Shown here piece after piece: positions 24,291-35,869 of a stretch of 64,000 nucleotides of DNA. The notes under the pieces were generated by a model, which was not told where the DNA came from, searched no databases, and saw only the letters and a program-made list of their open reading frames with translations. Source of the stretch: Chiloscyllium plagiosum (taxonomy: Eukaryota). Location of the stretch: assembly GCF_004010195.1 (NCBI RefSeq), contig NC_057753.1:7250130-7314129 (forward strand), in the 5' to 3' direction. Position 1 is the first letter of the stretch. Every line of letters begins with the position of its first letter. A program made the position numbers and the translations under genes.

Positions 24291-25800
24291 ACCATAAGAC
24301 CATGAGACATAGGAGCGAAAGTAAGGTCATTCGGCCCATCGAGTCCACTCCGCCATTCAATCATGGCTGATGGCCATTTCAAATCCACTTACCCGCATTC
24401 TCCCCGTAGCCCTTAATTTCTTGTGACATCAAGAATTTATCAATTTCTGCCTTGAAGACATTTAGCGTCCCAGCCTTCACTGGACTCTGTGACAATGAAT
24501 TCCACAGGCCCACCACTCTCTGGCTGAAGAAATGTCTCCGCATTTCTGTTCTGAATTTACCCCTCTAATTCTAAGGCTGTGTCCACGGGTCCTCGTCTCC
24601 TCACCTAACGTAAACAATTTCCTAGCGTCCACCTTTTCCAAGCCATGTATTATCTTGTAAGTTTCTATTAGATCTCCCCTTAATCTTCTAAATTCCAATG
24701 AATACAATCCCAGGATCCTCAGCCGTTCCTCGTATGTTAGACCTGCCATTCCAGGGATCATCCGTGTGAATCTCCGCTGGACATGCTCCAGTGCCAGTAT
24801 CTCCTTCCAGAGGTGTGGGGACCAAAACTGGACACAGTACTCCAAATGGGGCCTAACCAGAGCTTTATAAAGTCTCAGTAGCACAACAGTGCTTTTATAT
24901 TCCAACCCTCGAAAGATAATTGACAACATTGCATTTGCTTTCTTAATCACGGACTCAACCTGCATGTTTACCTTAAGAGAATCCAAAACTAGCACCCCCA
25001 GATCACTCTGTACTTTGGTTTTACGAATTTTCTCACCGTTTAGAAAGTAATCCATGCTTCTATTCTTTTTCCCAAAGTACAAGACATCGCATTTGCTCAC
25101 ATTGAATTCCATCAAACCATTTCCTGGACCACTCCTCCAAACTGTCTAGATCCTTCTGCAGCCTCCCCACTACCTCAGTACTACCTGTCTGTCCACCTAA
25201 CTTTGTATCATCGGCAAACTTCGCTAGAGTGCCCCCAGTTCATTCCTCCAGATCATTAATATATAATGTGAACAGCTGTGGTCCCAACACTGAACCCTGC
25301 AGGACACCGCTTGTCACCGGCTGCCAGTCCTAAAAAGAACCTTTTATCCCAACTCTCTGCCTCCTGTCAGACAGCCAATCCTCAATCCATACCAGTAGCT
25401 CACCTCGAACACCATGGGCACGGCCCTTGCTCAGCAGCCACCCATGTGGCACCTTATCAAAGGCCTTTTGGAAGTCTAGGTCGACGACATCCACTGGGTT
25501 TCCCTGGTCTAACCTGCTTCTCATCTCTACAAAGAACTCCAACAGGTTTGTCAGGCACGACCTCCCCTGACAAAATCCATGGTTACTTGTTCTAATCCGA
25601 CCCTGCTCTTTCAAGAATTTAGACACCTCATCTGTAATGCGGGATTCTAGAATTTTACCAACAACCGAGGTTAGGCTAATTGGCCTATAATTTTCTTTAA
25701 TTTTTCCCAAAGTGCAAGACCTCGCATTTGCTCACATTGAATTCCATTAACCATTTCCTGGACCACTCCTCCAAACTGTCTAGATCCTTCTGCAGCCTTC
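24291..25800 (-). mobile_element. CR1-clade LINE, 5'-truncated, relatively young, specific to unit A
   Basis: NYRPISLTSVVGK, DFQKAFDKVPH, KFADDTK and YKALVRPHLEYC; short-repeat 3' tail near 24291; absent from unit B (~44035). Confidence 0.9.
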
Positions 25801-26364
25801 TTTTCTTCCATAAGCTTCAATAAGCTTATTTTCTTCAATAAGCTTCAATGTCATTTTGCAGGATAATCATGCCCCATATTCAAGTAACGGTGTTAAAGTG
25901 AATGCACGTTTCTCATAGTAAAAGCTTTGAGTATTTTTGTTATAACGTCAAACTGCTGCATTTGATTTTAGTCTCTGTCATGAATTCTATTAATTGTTAG
26001 TCAGATTTTATTGCTGAAGCCCATTGCTTTTTTTAAGCTTTGACTCCTGAGGCTGAAAACGTTACCTTTAAAATGATAAGCTATCTGTACAATTTGAAAG
26101 GAAACATTAATAACATAAAGTCACCCAAAGCAAATATCCAAGAAGAAATCGAAGATTCATCATCAGGGAGTCTTTTGATAAAACATGTATTTTCGTCCAC
26201 ATTTTTACCAAGTCTTCAGATTTGTCTCTATAGAGATTTCACCACATTCTTCAGATCTTCTCTCATTTTTTTTTTTCCTGAGTTTCTGACAGCTGCATTC
26301 TACAGCAATTTCGGTCTCATCTGAGGTTTGGCTCTTTGGAGTGATTTTGGTGAATGATGCTCAG

Positions 26365-26550
26365 TGAAAGTGAGGGAGACAGTGTGGTCTACAGATACTG
26401 AGATTAGAGTTGAGAGTGTGTTGCTGGAAAAAGCACGGCAGGTCAGGCAGCATCTGAGGAGCAGAACAATCAACTTCTCGGGCCGGAGCCCTTCATCAAG
26501 AATCCTGCGATTGTCCAGCAACAGACTCTCAGCTCTGTGAAAGTCAGGTT
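26365..26550 (-). mobile_element. Older Penelope-derived short element (paralogous copy at ~47670-47875)
   Basis: Similar to the reverse complement of 4885-5010, with a decayed hammerhead core. Confidence 0.65.
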
Positions 26551-28344
26551 TTTGATTCTCTGTGGAGAATAAGAGTTGAGACGTTGGCTCGATCTACTCT
26601 GTCTACTCAAATTTTCAAAAAAAACTTCAAGTTTAAGCGTAGTTAATAATTTAAAACAAATAAATATTTTAACGCACACACAGACACAGACACACATACA
26701 CACACACACACAAAAGCAGAATTTTCAAGTAAGAGAGCAATCTTTGATTTCGGGTTTTCGGGTCTAAATTATAAGCAAAACTGCCGCTTTGGATCCAGGT
26801 CTGTGTTCGGATAGCTTTGATGTTAATTCATAGGTGAGACATCACTTCCGTCTTCATTGTACTTTTTATTTTAACATTGATTCACAAAGTTGAAATTTGT
26901 TCCCTTTGAATGGATATAAAATATGTAACAACACAAAAATAGATCATAAAGAACAAAAAAAGCAGAATAAATTGCCCCAAAGTGAAACTAAGTAAAGTGT
27001 GCAAAAAAAAGTGTGGATACCTCGTTGTCATTGAATATTGACGTGGAGATACCAGTTATCGACTGGGCTAGACGAAATGAAAAAAAAAAATACACGTCAC
27101 CAGCTTTGTTACAATAGCTTTATTTGAAATTACAAGCCTTCAGAGCTCTGATCCTTCATCACGTACATCGTGGAGTAGGATCATAGGACACACAATTGAT
27201 CACAAAATATCAAAATATCATACACTGATGGGTTATATTAAAAAAAAACTCGATTGCTGTTACGTCTTTCATCATTGAGAAAAGGTTCCAGTTTTCCATT
27301 CATTGAAACGTTAACCCCAGAACTTCTTTCAAGTCACATTCCCGAGTTAACTTCAGGTGTGCAAAAAAGAGTGACACTTCAGCTTAGACAATGCGGTGTG
27401 AGGCTGGAATCCGTATGTTTTCAAATTTTGTGTCAGAAAGGCTCTATTCCCAAAATATGAATTCAGGGAAAGTTCCATGGATTATCAAAAAAGAAATGAC
27501 TGCCTACATATTACGTGCTCTTTGAACAGAATCGAATGCATCTGCAAATACAAGTCTACAAATGCAAATTCGCCCCATAGACTTAATTGTGTATGTGCGA
27601 GCATTACATTTATTCGATATATTTTTTTCTCAAATTCACAATCCAACGTTGACTGTAGCGGGATTCGTAAACAGCAGCCCTGGACATCATCTGGGTCTCT
27701 GCATTAATAGTCCAGTGAATATATCAGTACTGTATCGCACACCTCAGTTTTATATCCGTGTACAAATGCATGATTGTAATTAGTGTTAAGATACTTACTG
27801 CAACCATTTGAACGCAAGCCATTGAATTCGTAGCATCATTACAGGAGTATACAGGCCATTAGGTCCATCAGCCCATCCAGACCCATGACCCTGATCAGGC
27901 TTTCCATGGATTACTGATGGCTGATGCACCTAATTTACATGTCCTGACCACGATGGACAATTTATTATGGTAAATCCACCTAACATGCACAATTGTAAAC
28001 TGTGGGAGGCAACCAGGTCCCGCGGCTGAAGGTCACAAAAACATGAGATAACGTACAAACTACATGCAGACTGTCGCCCGAAAATGGAATCGTGTTCAGT
28101 TCCCTGATGCTGTGAGGCAGCAGTGCTGACCACTTTGCTCCTGAGCGTTTTGTGTGCCAGTCCCGTCGGTATTCTATTCACTGTCGTCTGACAGTGTGAG
28201 GATTAAGGAAAAAGAAAATTGCAAGCATCAGTTCTATTACGTTATTTACATTATTACAGCAGTAATATTTTGAGAAATTAGAAAGAGTCGAAAGTGACCA
28301 CAAACATTTGTTGATTTTGTTGTGGTAACATTGTGCTATAACAT

Positions 28345-28660
28345 GTGGCGCAGTGGTTCGCGCTGCTGCCTCACAGTGCCTGAGACACGGGTTCAGTTCC
28401 AGCCTCAGGCGACTGACTGTGTAGAGTTTGTACGTTCTCCCCGTGTCTGCGTGGGTTTCCGCCGGGTGCTCCGGTTTCCTTCCACAGTCAAAAGATGTGC
28501 AGGTCAGGTGAATTGGCCATGCTAAATTGCCCGTAGTGTTAGGTAAGGAGTAAATGTAGGGGTATGGGTGGGTTGCACTTCGGCGGGTCGGTGTGGACTT
28601 GTTGAGCCGAATGGCCTGTTTCCACACTGTAATGTAATCAAATCTAATCAAATCTAATAA
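28345..28660 (+). mobile_element. HE1-like SINE specific to the unit B intron
   Basis: gtggcgcagtggtt...gttcagttcc head and aatctaatc tail; absent at 6350 and 50938. Confidence 0.88.
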
Positions 28661-28758
28661 TCAAAACATTGACATTGGCAAATGGCTCTTTTCACAGTAG
28701 AGCACTAGCAATGATTGAAAAGCACTGACTCATAAACAAACAGACAAGAATGACTTAC

Positions 28759-28828
28759 CTGGAATGCAAATAACTGCGAGAATTTGATAACAAACTTCTT
28801 TCATGAGCAAAATCCATGGTTTCCCCAT
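28759..28828 (-). pseudogene. Copy B orphan exon 1 (MGKPWILLMKEVCYQILAVICIP); exon 2 deleted
   Basis: Open 70-nt exon with consensus donor CCAG|GTAAGT. The intron homolog runs to ~27012 and then joins directly to 3'-flank sequence, with no exon 2. Confidence 0.85.
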
Positions 28829-31800
28829 ATTCAAAGAATCAATGACTTCTGCCAGTGTTAAATATCTGTGGCTGGTGCATGACCAGGATGCTTACATTTA
28901 TGAATGCATCAGGTCTCCAGAGAATCATTCATGTGATATCATTCATGTGTTTGTTTGAATGAATTCGACAAAGGTTTATCTTGAGCGATAAATCATATTT
29001 TCTTTTAAATCGGCGGCTCCCTGCTCAAACCATGAGTTCAATAAGATGTTTTATCTTTCTGACCTACGGGCTCTCAGTTATCTGACATCCATACTTGAGT
29101 TTTCCGATGTTTTAGTTCCCTATAGTTTCAATCATGTTCAAATAAGGATTCGAAAAACTTTGATTTCAGCTGTAACAGTGTTATAACTGAAACTACCCAT
29201 CTCACTGTTCTTTCAATTCCAAGGACTTCACTTCTCCCAAGAGCATTTTGTGTGACATTGCATTAAATATCGTTCGAAACCTCATTGGCATGACATGCAC
29301 AAGACTTCTGATATCGCTGTCTGCAACTCCATGGGATAATCGAATACATTTAATAGTAATACAGAACAAAAGAGATTTGTCATTCCATCAAGCGCCAACT
29401 CGCCCAACATTGTTTTACCTCCCCCGATCTTTCTGCTCTCAATTCAGAAAATGGACCCTGTTCCCTAGTACCATAAGTAAAAAGAACAGGAACAGCCTGT
29501 TCGTTCCCTCGAGTTTACTCTTTCATTCAATAGCATCATGGATGATCCAACATTCACTCCCCTTGATCCCACTACAGTTTTGGAATGATAACGATAGATT
29601 ATAACTCTCTTCAGTGTAGTTGGTTACAGATGTTGGGAATTGCCTTGTGAAAGAGTAAATACAACGTCTCCTGCAATGTTGCAAAAAAAATGATTAGACC
29701 AAAATTACAGGTCTAGAAGCTTTTGAAACGATCAAATTGTAACTGAAAGGGTTCAGAAAATATTGACCATAATATTTTCTAGTTTGAAGAGTTGTATTTG
29801 TGTACATAAATTGGGAGACGGGTTTTCTGTCCTTGGAGCAGGAAAGATTCGGGGGGGGTGGTGTATAAAGCGTAAAAAAAGTATCAAAAATGAGAAACAT
29901 AGCTAGCGAAGACCAAAACACATGTTCCCCTTGGTAAAGCGGTCCGTTAAAGGGCGGGGCCGTTGGACAGAAAGCAAGTAACAGCAGTGTTACAGGAAAT
30001 GTGATGGAAATGGATCAACCAATGGATAGTGGAGCGTGGATCGCCACGAACCCGATGTGTAGAAAAGATAGACACACTTTTAAACGTTAAGAAGTTTTTA
30101 AAAGTGCACTTGATTTGTCAAGGCAGACATGGTTTGTATCAGACCAAAAGAGTTGTACTTTTATTCAGATTCAGAATCATGAGGAGAATGCAGAATGCCT
30201 GAAGTGATGTGATCGAAATTTAGAAATGAAATGCAGTCCAGATAATCTTGTGCAAGTTTTTTTCTTAACTTTATTATCAATCAGTCTTTCTGTATGCCGT
30301 TTTCTATCAGCTTACCTAATTTCCATAGAATCTTAACAAAAGCAGACATTGTCTGAATTCGTTGGGCATTTTCTACGAACATCTGCCTAATGTTGAAAGT
30401 CATTGTTTAAACACTCGATTGCATTTTCAAGGAATCCTGTGAGTTTAATTTTCTTCTGGACCTTCAGGTAGTACGTTAGTGCGATGCTATTTGGGGATTA
30501 CAGATTCAAATCATTCGTATATTCACTTCTGCGCTAAGCTGTGCAGGTAGAGTTGAAGGATGAAAATCGTGGGGAAGAAACATGATCATTTTGTTTCGGA
30601 ATCCTCTCACTGATAAGAACTTAGGGAAAGCTGTGCACTATCCAGGTCAAGGATTTGTTGAGGAGATGGAGGGAACCCCTGGGAAGTGGGATTGGAGGGC
30701 TTGGGATTCAATTGGAACATCTCAGGGATATTGTATCACATTGTCCTGTGAACTATGCCCCCCCCCCCCCCCACCGCCAACTGTGCCCCCCACCGCCTAC
30801 TGGACAAAAGAGGAAGATAACGTAGGTGGAACAGTTTCAGGAGTGAAATGTGTCCTCTGATGTGAAAAGAGAGAGGCAACAATAATGGGCGAGAGAATCA
30901 TTCTCGCTCAAAAACAAAACTGCGTGACCAATGATGCAAGACAGATACCCCTCAACGAACTTAATTTGAAGCGAATCTTGTGCGGCTGAGTCACCAGGAA
31001 AGTAATGGCTTTTGTCTATTTCCTTCAGGAATCTACCTCGTTGGAGCATATCTCGTGAATTTCGAATCATTTTCATCCGGCACTATTTTAAACAAAGAGG
31101 ACGGACATTTGCGAAATATTGTGATCTTGTGATGACTTTGAAGCGGCAAATGCACGCACAAACTGAATATTTTCTGTTGTTACTTCCAGACTACAGCGAC
31201 ACCACCGAGTGGCTATCTACAACTGCAGTATCGAGGCAGAAGCAGAATGTGTGGCCTTTGCTCTAGAGAAAAAAAATCTTCTGCTCATAAAATGTTCCTG
31301 CTGGCCAGAAGCACCTTTCAGTAACTTTTAAAGAACGTCGTTATCTTGGCCTAAATGATTCATTTTAAAATTTGTTTACTTTCATGTAGGTTTCAATCAT
31401 TTAATGCACTCTCCTTATACATGCATTCACAAACTGACTTTTTGGATAGAGTCGAGTATTTCAGTTTGTTCGTAGCTATGTTTGAAATGCACATTGACAG
31501 CAACAGAGCAGATTAACATCTACCACGTGAAGTCAGCATGAATGACTCTCCTTCCTAACCTCTCTCCACGTCTGAGGTGTTCTGAATCTCAGGGTAAAGC
31601 CTCCACCACTCATCTCTCTCTCTCATTAGAGACCAGAACGTTATGATCAACTATTTCATTTTCATGCTTTAGATGCATTAATCGCTGATTGATGTAATGT
31701 ATTGGAGTGTTGAGGCAAGTATCCAAAAGTAGCAAATGCTGAAATCACAAAACAGTTCAGACAGCATTTGTGCAGCAAGCGAAAATTAATTCAGAACATT

Positions 31801-33164
31801 GCCGACTGCAGTAATTGGATGTTAGGATCTGTTTCCATGCTAGATGACTCAATTACGCTGTTTTTTTTTATACGAGATAAATCAATCAAGGTATTTTCAG
31901 TTATTGCATGACTTGAATGGGACTGTGTTTGACGGAGAGGTCAAGAGTGGAATGTCTGCATTCTATCCCACTTCTGTTAAACAAAACTTGATGTCTCAGG
32001 AGTTCATCTGTTGATACCTTCAATTGCTGTTGCTTTAAACCATTAAAGGGAAAGTTTCAAATGAGCGTTATTTGTTTTAGGCCTGGCTGTAATCTGGAAA
32101 CGAAACTGCTGTTTTAAATGGACTTTGTGAGACCACGCTTAGATAATCACGAGTGGTTTTGTTTTCACTCGCTAAGAGTGCACTTGCCAGAGTGAACATG
32201 AAGTGCAGGTTCACAAGGCTTTCACGAGAGCCATCAGAACTGTCCTCGAGTAGATCTTGTTTTGAGTAGTCGTTCATTCAATGCAGTTTAGAAGGATGAG
32301 AGATGGTCTGACTGTAAAGTATATTTTTTAACGTTGCTGGACTGACCGATGCAGGGAGGACCGTTCCCCTGCTTCGTGACTCTTTCACCAGGTGTCAAAG
32401 TCGCAGGATATGGGGTATGACTGAGATGAGGGAACATTTATTCTATTAGAGAACAGTGAACATGTGAAGTTCTCTACTACAGCAGGCAATGGCGGCCACG
32501 GAATAGATTCAAGAGTTGGTTTTTAGTGTTTTCAGAGTCATGATTGACTTCGGCGATAGATGACATAGCCCCTGGTTCAAGGATAAGTAGACATTGGCAC
32601 CAACGTTTAACCTTTCCTCCAACACCATTGGACGTACAACAGTTGGGTCCAAACCTTTTCTTGAGTGTCTGACTGATTGTGCCCAATCCTCTTGACTACT
32701 ACCAGAGTCTGTCACAGAGTTACTGTGCTGTGGGGGCCCTGTGCACATGATCTGTCTCGAATGCAATGAAGCCTGGTGAATCCATGATAACAATCCTGCT
32801 CTGGGTTTATGCTAACCAGCAATGCAAGACTGACGTCTTATGAGACTTTGTTTGAGGGGACAAACAGACTAGGCAATGGTGGACTATTATTTTGTATGAC
32901 AATGCACAAAGGACTCAGCGATGCAATCTTGGTCAAAGTCATGAGCTAACTGCTTTATATCCAGCGTACAATGAATTCCTTGCTGGAGCAATTCACGTGC
33001 AACATAGAATTGCACAAGTATGTTACAATTGATCAGAAGTGTGCCCGTTCTGTTGTTTCAATTTGCCATATTATGAATGCACAGGCCGAAGTTTGGCACT
33101 GTGGAGAACGTTTAACATTGCACGATGGGAAAATGACTAATTCTCGAATTATGGATCTGCAAAT

Positions 33165-33473
33165 TAGATTGGATTTATTTTTAGATTAGATTACATGACA
33201 GTGTGGAAACAGGCCCTTCGGCCCAACAAGTCCACACCGACCCGCCGAAGCACAACCCACCCATACCCCTACATTTACCCCTTACCTAACACTATGGGCA
33301 ATGTAGCATGGCCAATTAACCTGACCTGGACATCTTTGGACTGTGGGAGGAAACCTACGCAGACACGGGGAGAACGTGCAAACTCCACACAGTCAGTCGC
33401 CTGAGGCGGGAATTGAACCCGGGTCTCAGGCGCTGTGGGGCAGCAGTGCTAACCACTGTGCCACCGTGCCGCC
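33165..33473 (-). mobile_element. HE1-like SINE specific to unit B
   Basis: Same family. It replaces ~60 bp that is present in the other units between two caaatt motifs. Confidence 0.87.
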
Positions 33474-35344
33474 ACAAATTGTACAAGCTTGATAAAATGC
33501 CAGTAATCTTCTTAATGCATCCTTGTATAATTTGAACTGCAGAGTCTAGCTTAAACAAAATTTCCATTCAACAGCAATAGGTCGATGCAAATGATTAATG
33601 TTTGGTAAAACTAATAAGGCAATGTTCAACACTACAGATGACGTACATTTCATGTAATCTGCAATTTCTCAGCATATTTGAAAAATTATGATATTTCTCT
33701 TTTCTTTGGAAAGGTGCAACAGCAGAATTGACTCATGAAACCTTAGTTTTCTGATCCAGTTGAGAAGAATAGCTATGATGGCCGAAGATTGGGCTCCATG
33801 AACTCATAGACATGTAAAGACATGTAACCAGGTTCATGCGAAGGAACTGGTTGTAAATAGTATTGAAACAATAACTCAAATCACTGTTGGGACTCAGCAG
33901 GAGGTATCCAAATCTGTGACGGGAAGAATGGTAACCCGTGTGAAAAGTCCTTCAAATGAGTGAATTGATAACAAAGGCGCTGGTTTTGTTACCGCCTGTG
34001 GCTTACCAACCATTTGTTATATATGACACGTTCAGCAAAAGATTACCACATCCTTGGTCAGTCCAGACCAATGAAAAAAAAACCTTCACCTGAGCATTTC
34101 CTACCCCAAGGTGACCACGAGTAGGTAGTTCGTGTGCTACATGTAACACCTTCAGTTTGCTCCCAGTGCTCTGGTGCACTTCGGCCCATTTCCCTTCTGT
34201 ACTAACCAGCCGTCATCTTCATTTCAGTCTTCGGATTCTATATTCCAGATTATAATCTTCCAGAAAACGTTTTGCATCTTTTCGTAGTGGGCATGCACAT
34301 ATAAAACCATTCATCATCTTGTCTTGCTACTGCAAGTCTCTTGGCCTTCCAGGGATAAACACTCCCGTCTGATCCTCTGCCTTTTCCTGCACCATTACGT
34401 CAAACAGGGTGTGTGCTAACTTAACTTCAACTCCTTCATCTTTCTCTACTTTTTGCTTCGTTGTGGTTCTTATGATAGTCAGATCGAATTACCAGGCAGT
34501 CTGGGAAAATACCAGGATATTTCTGTTTTAACGCCTCAGTTTCTTGGACTTTCTTGTGATTTTCCATATAATGGGGTGTCACTCCCACCTTGGATCTTGC
34601 CAAATAATTCCTAAGAACAAACTGAAATCCTGAAACTGACAGTCTGTCAATCATTCCCATTGTGACTTCCTCAGACTTAAGTTGGTATTCCAACCGGATC
34701 TTCCATAGAGAAAAGCTAAGTTTCTGTCCATCTATCCCACAAATTACCACACTCACGGCTAACAGATCAGAAACAGTGCATATTTGCTCATCTCTCACGA
34801 TCAATGACTGGTGTGATCCTGCATCTCTGAAAATTATTTTTTTTGTATTCCTTCCCCGATCTTTTGGAATAAACTTTAGCCGCAAAGGCGACCTCTTTTT
34901 CGAGATATGATACTAACTACATCCTGAGCCCCTGCCTAGGCTGTGCACTCTCCTGCAGATCCCCGGCTCATCTTGGGGTTATTTTAGTCCCTTCACCAGT
35001 GCCTCTGGCTTAGCTTCGCTTACCACTTATTTTTTTTTTCACAGCACGTTTCTTTACTGACCAGCACTGTGACTTTACATGTCCCACTTTACCATATTGG
35101 AAACACCTGATGTCTCTCCCTTTCTTCTCTCTCTCTTTGCTCAGTGAAGAATCTTCTCTCTTTTTCTTTTCTGTCTCTTTTTCCTCTCTCTCTCTGTTTA
35201 TCTCCTCAATCTCCTTCCCTCAATTGCAATTTGTGTTTTTCTTTCTCTGCCCCTAATGTCTATTTCTCTGACACACCTAAGTAATTCCCTGACAATTTCA
35301 GCTTTAATTTTGTCCTTCGTTAAACCCAAACTAACTTCTGGATG

Positions 35345-35800
35345 TAACTTTGCTTGCTGAGCTGGAAGTTGTATTTTCAGACGTATTGTCACCACACTAT
35401 TTTGTAAATGACATTACTTTTGCGTGCTTTCTGTATCGCGTCTTTCAAGTTCATCAGCTGCTTTTTTATGAAAAATATCTTGCAAGAACCGCACTAAATA
35501 CCACATTGTACAAACAGGCAGAAAACCATCCGTGAGGATACATGAACATCAATTTGCCACTAAACGAAATGAACCACATACACATGCGGACGGGCACCGC
35601 TTCGTCTGGGACAACATCACCAAAAAACACAGTGACTAGGATCCCACATTTCAGCACTTGAGAAAAAAAGCATGAATTGACGCAACTATTGGAAATGACA
35701 TCACCACAGAAAATAATGTCGCCACAGGAAATGGCATAATCACAGGTAATGACGTCACTAACCGGCATTGGTGGGTTCCAACCCGAAATTCAGCACTCTA
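35345..35800. mobile_element. Old Penelope-like remnant between the two Gypsy relics (paralog at ~15760-16140)
   Basis: gctgagctggaagtt...cagacgt resembles the Penelope 3' end at 19457-19487; repeated atgacatcacc-type motifs. Confidence 0.45.
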
Positions 35801-35869
35801 AATCAGAGTGCAACATAAAACTAACCACAATGGGAACGGTGTTCAAAGGAAATGGAAGTATAAAATTTG

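Larger units (their letters stand above)
3265..26700. repeat. Tandem segmental unit A (~22-23 kb; boundaries approximate)
   Basis: Colinear with 26700-48060 and 48060-60028. Exon-1 anchors at 6448, 28759 and 51033 give spacings of 22311 and 22274. Confidence 0.85.
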
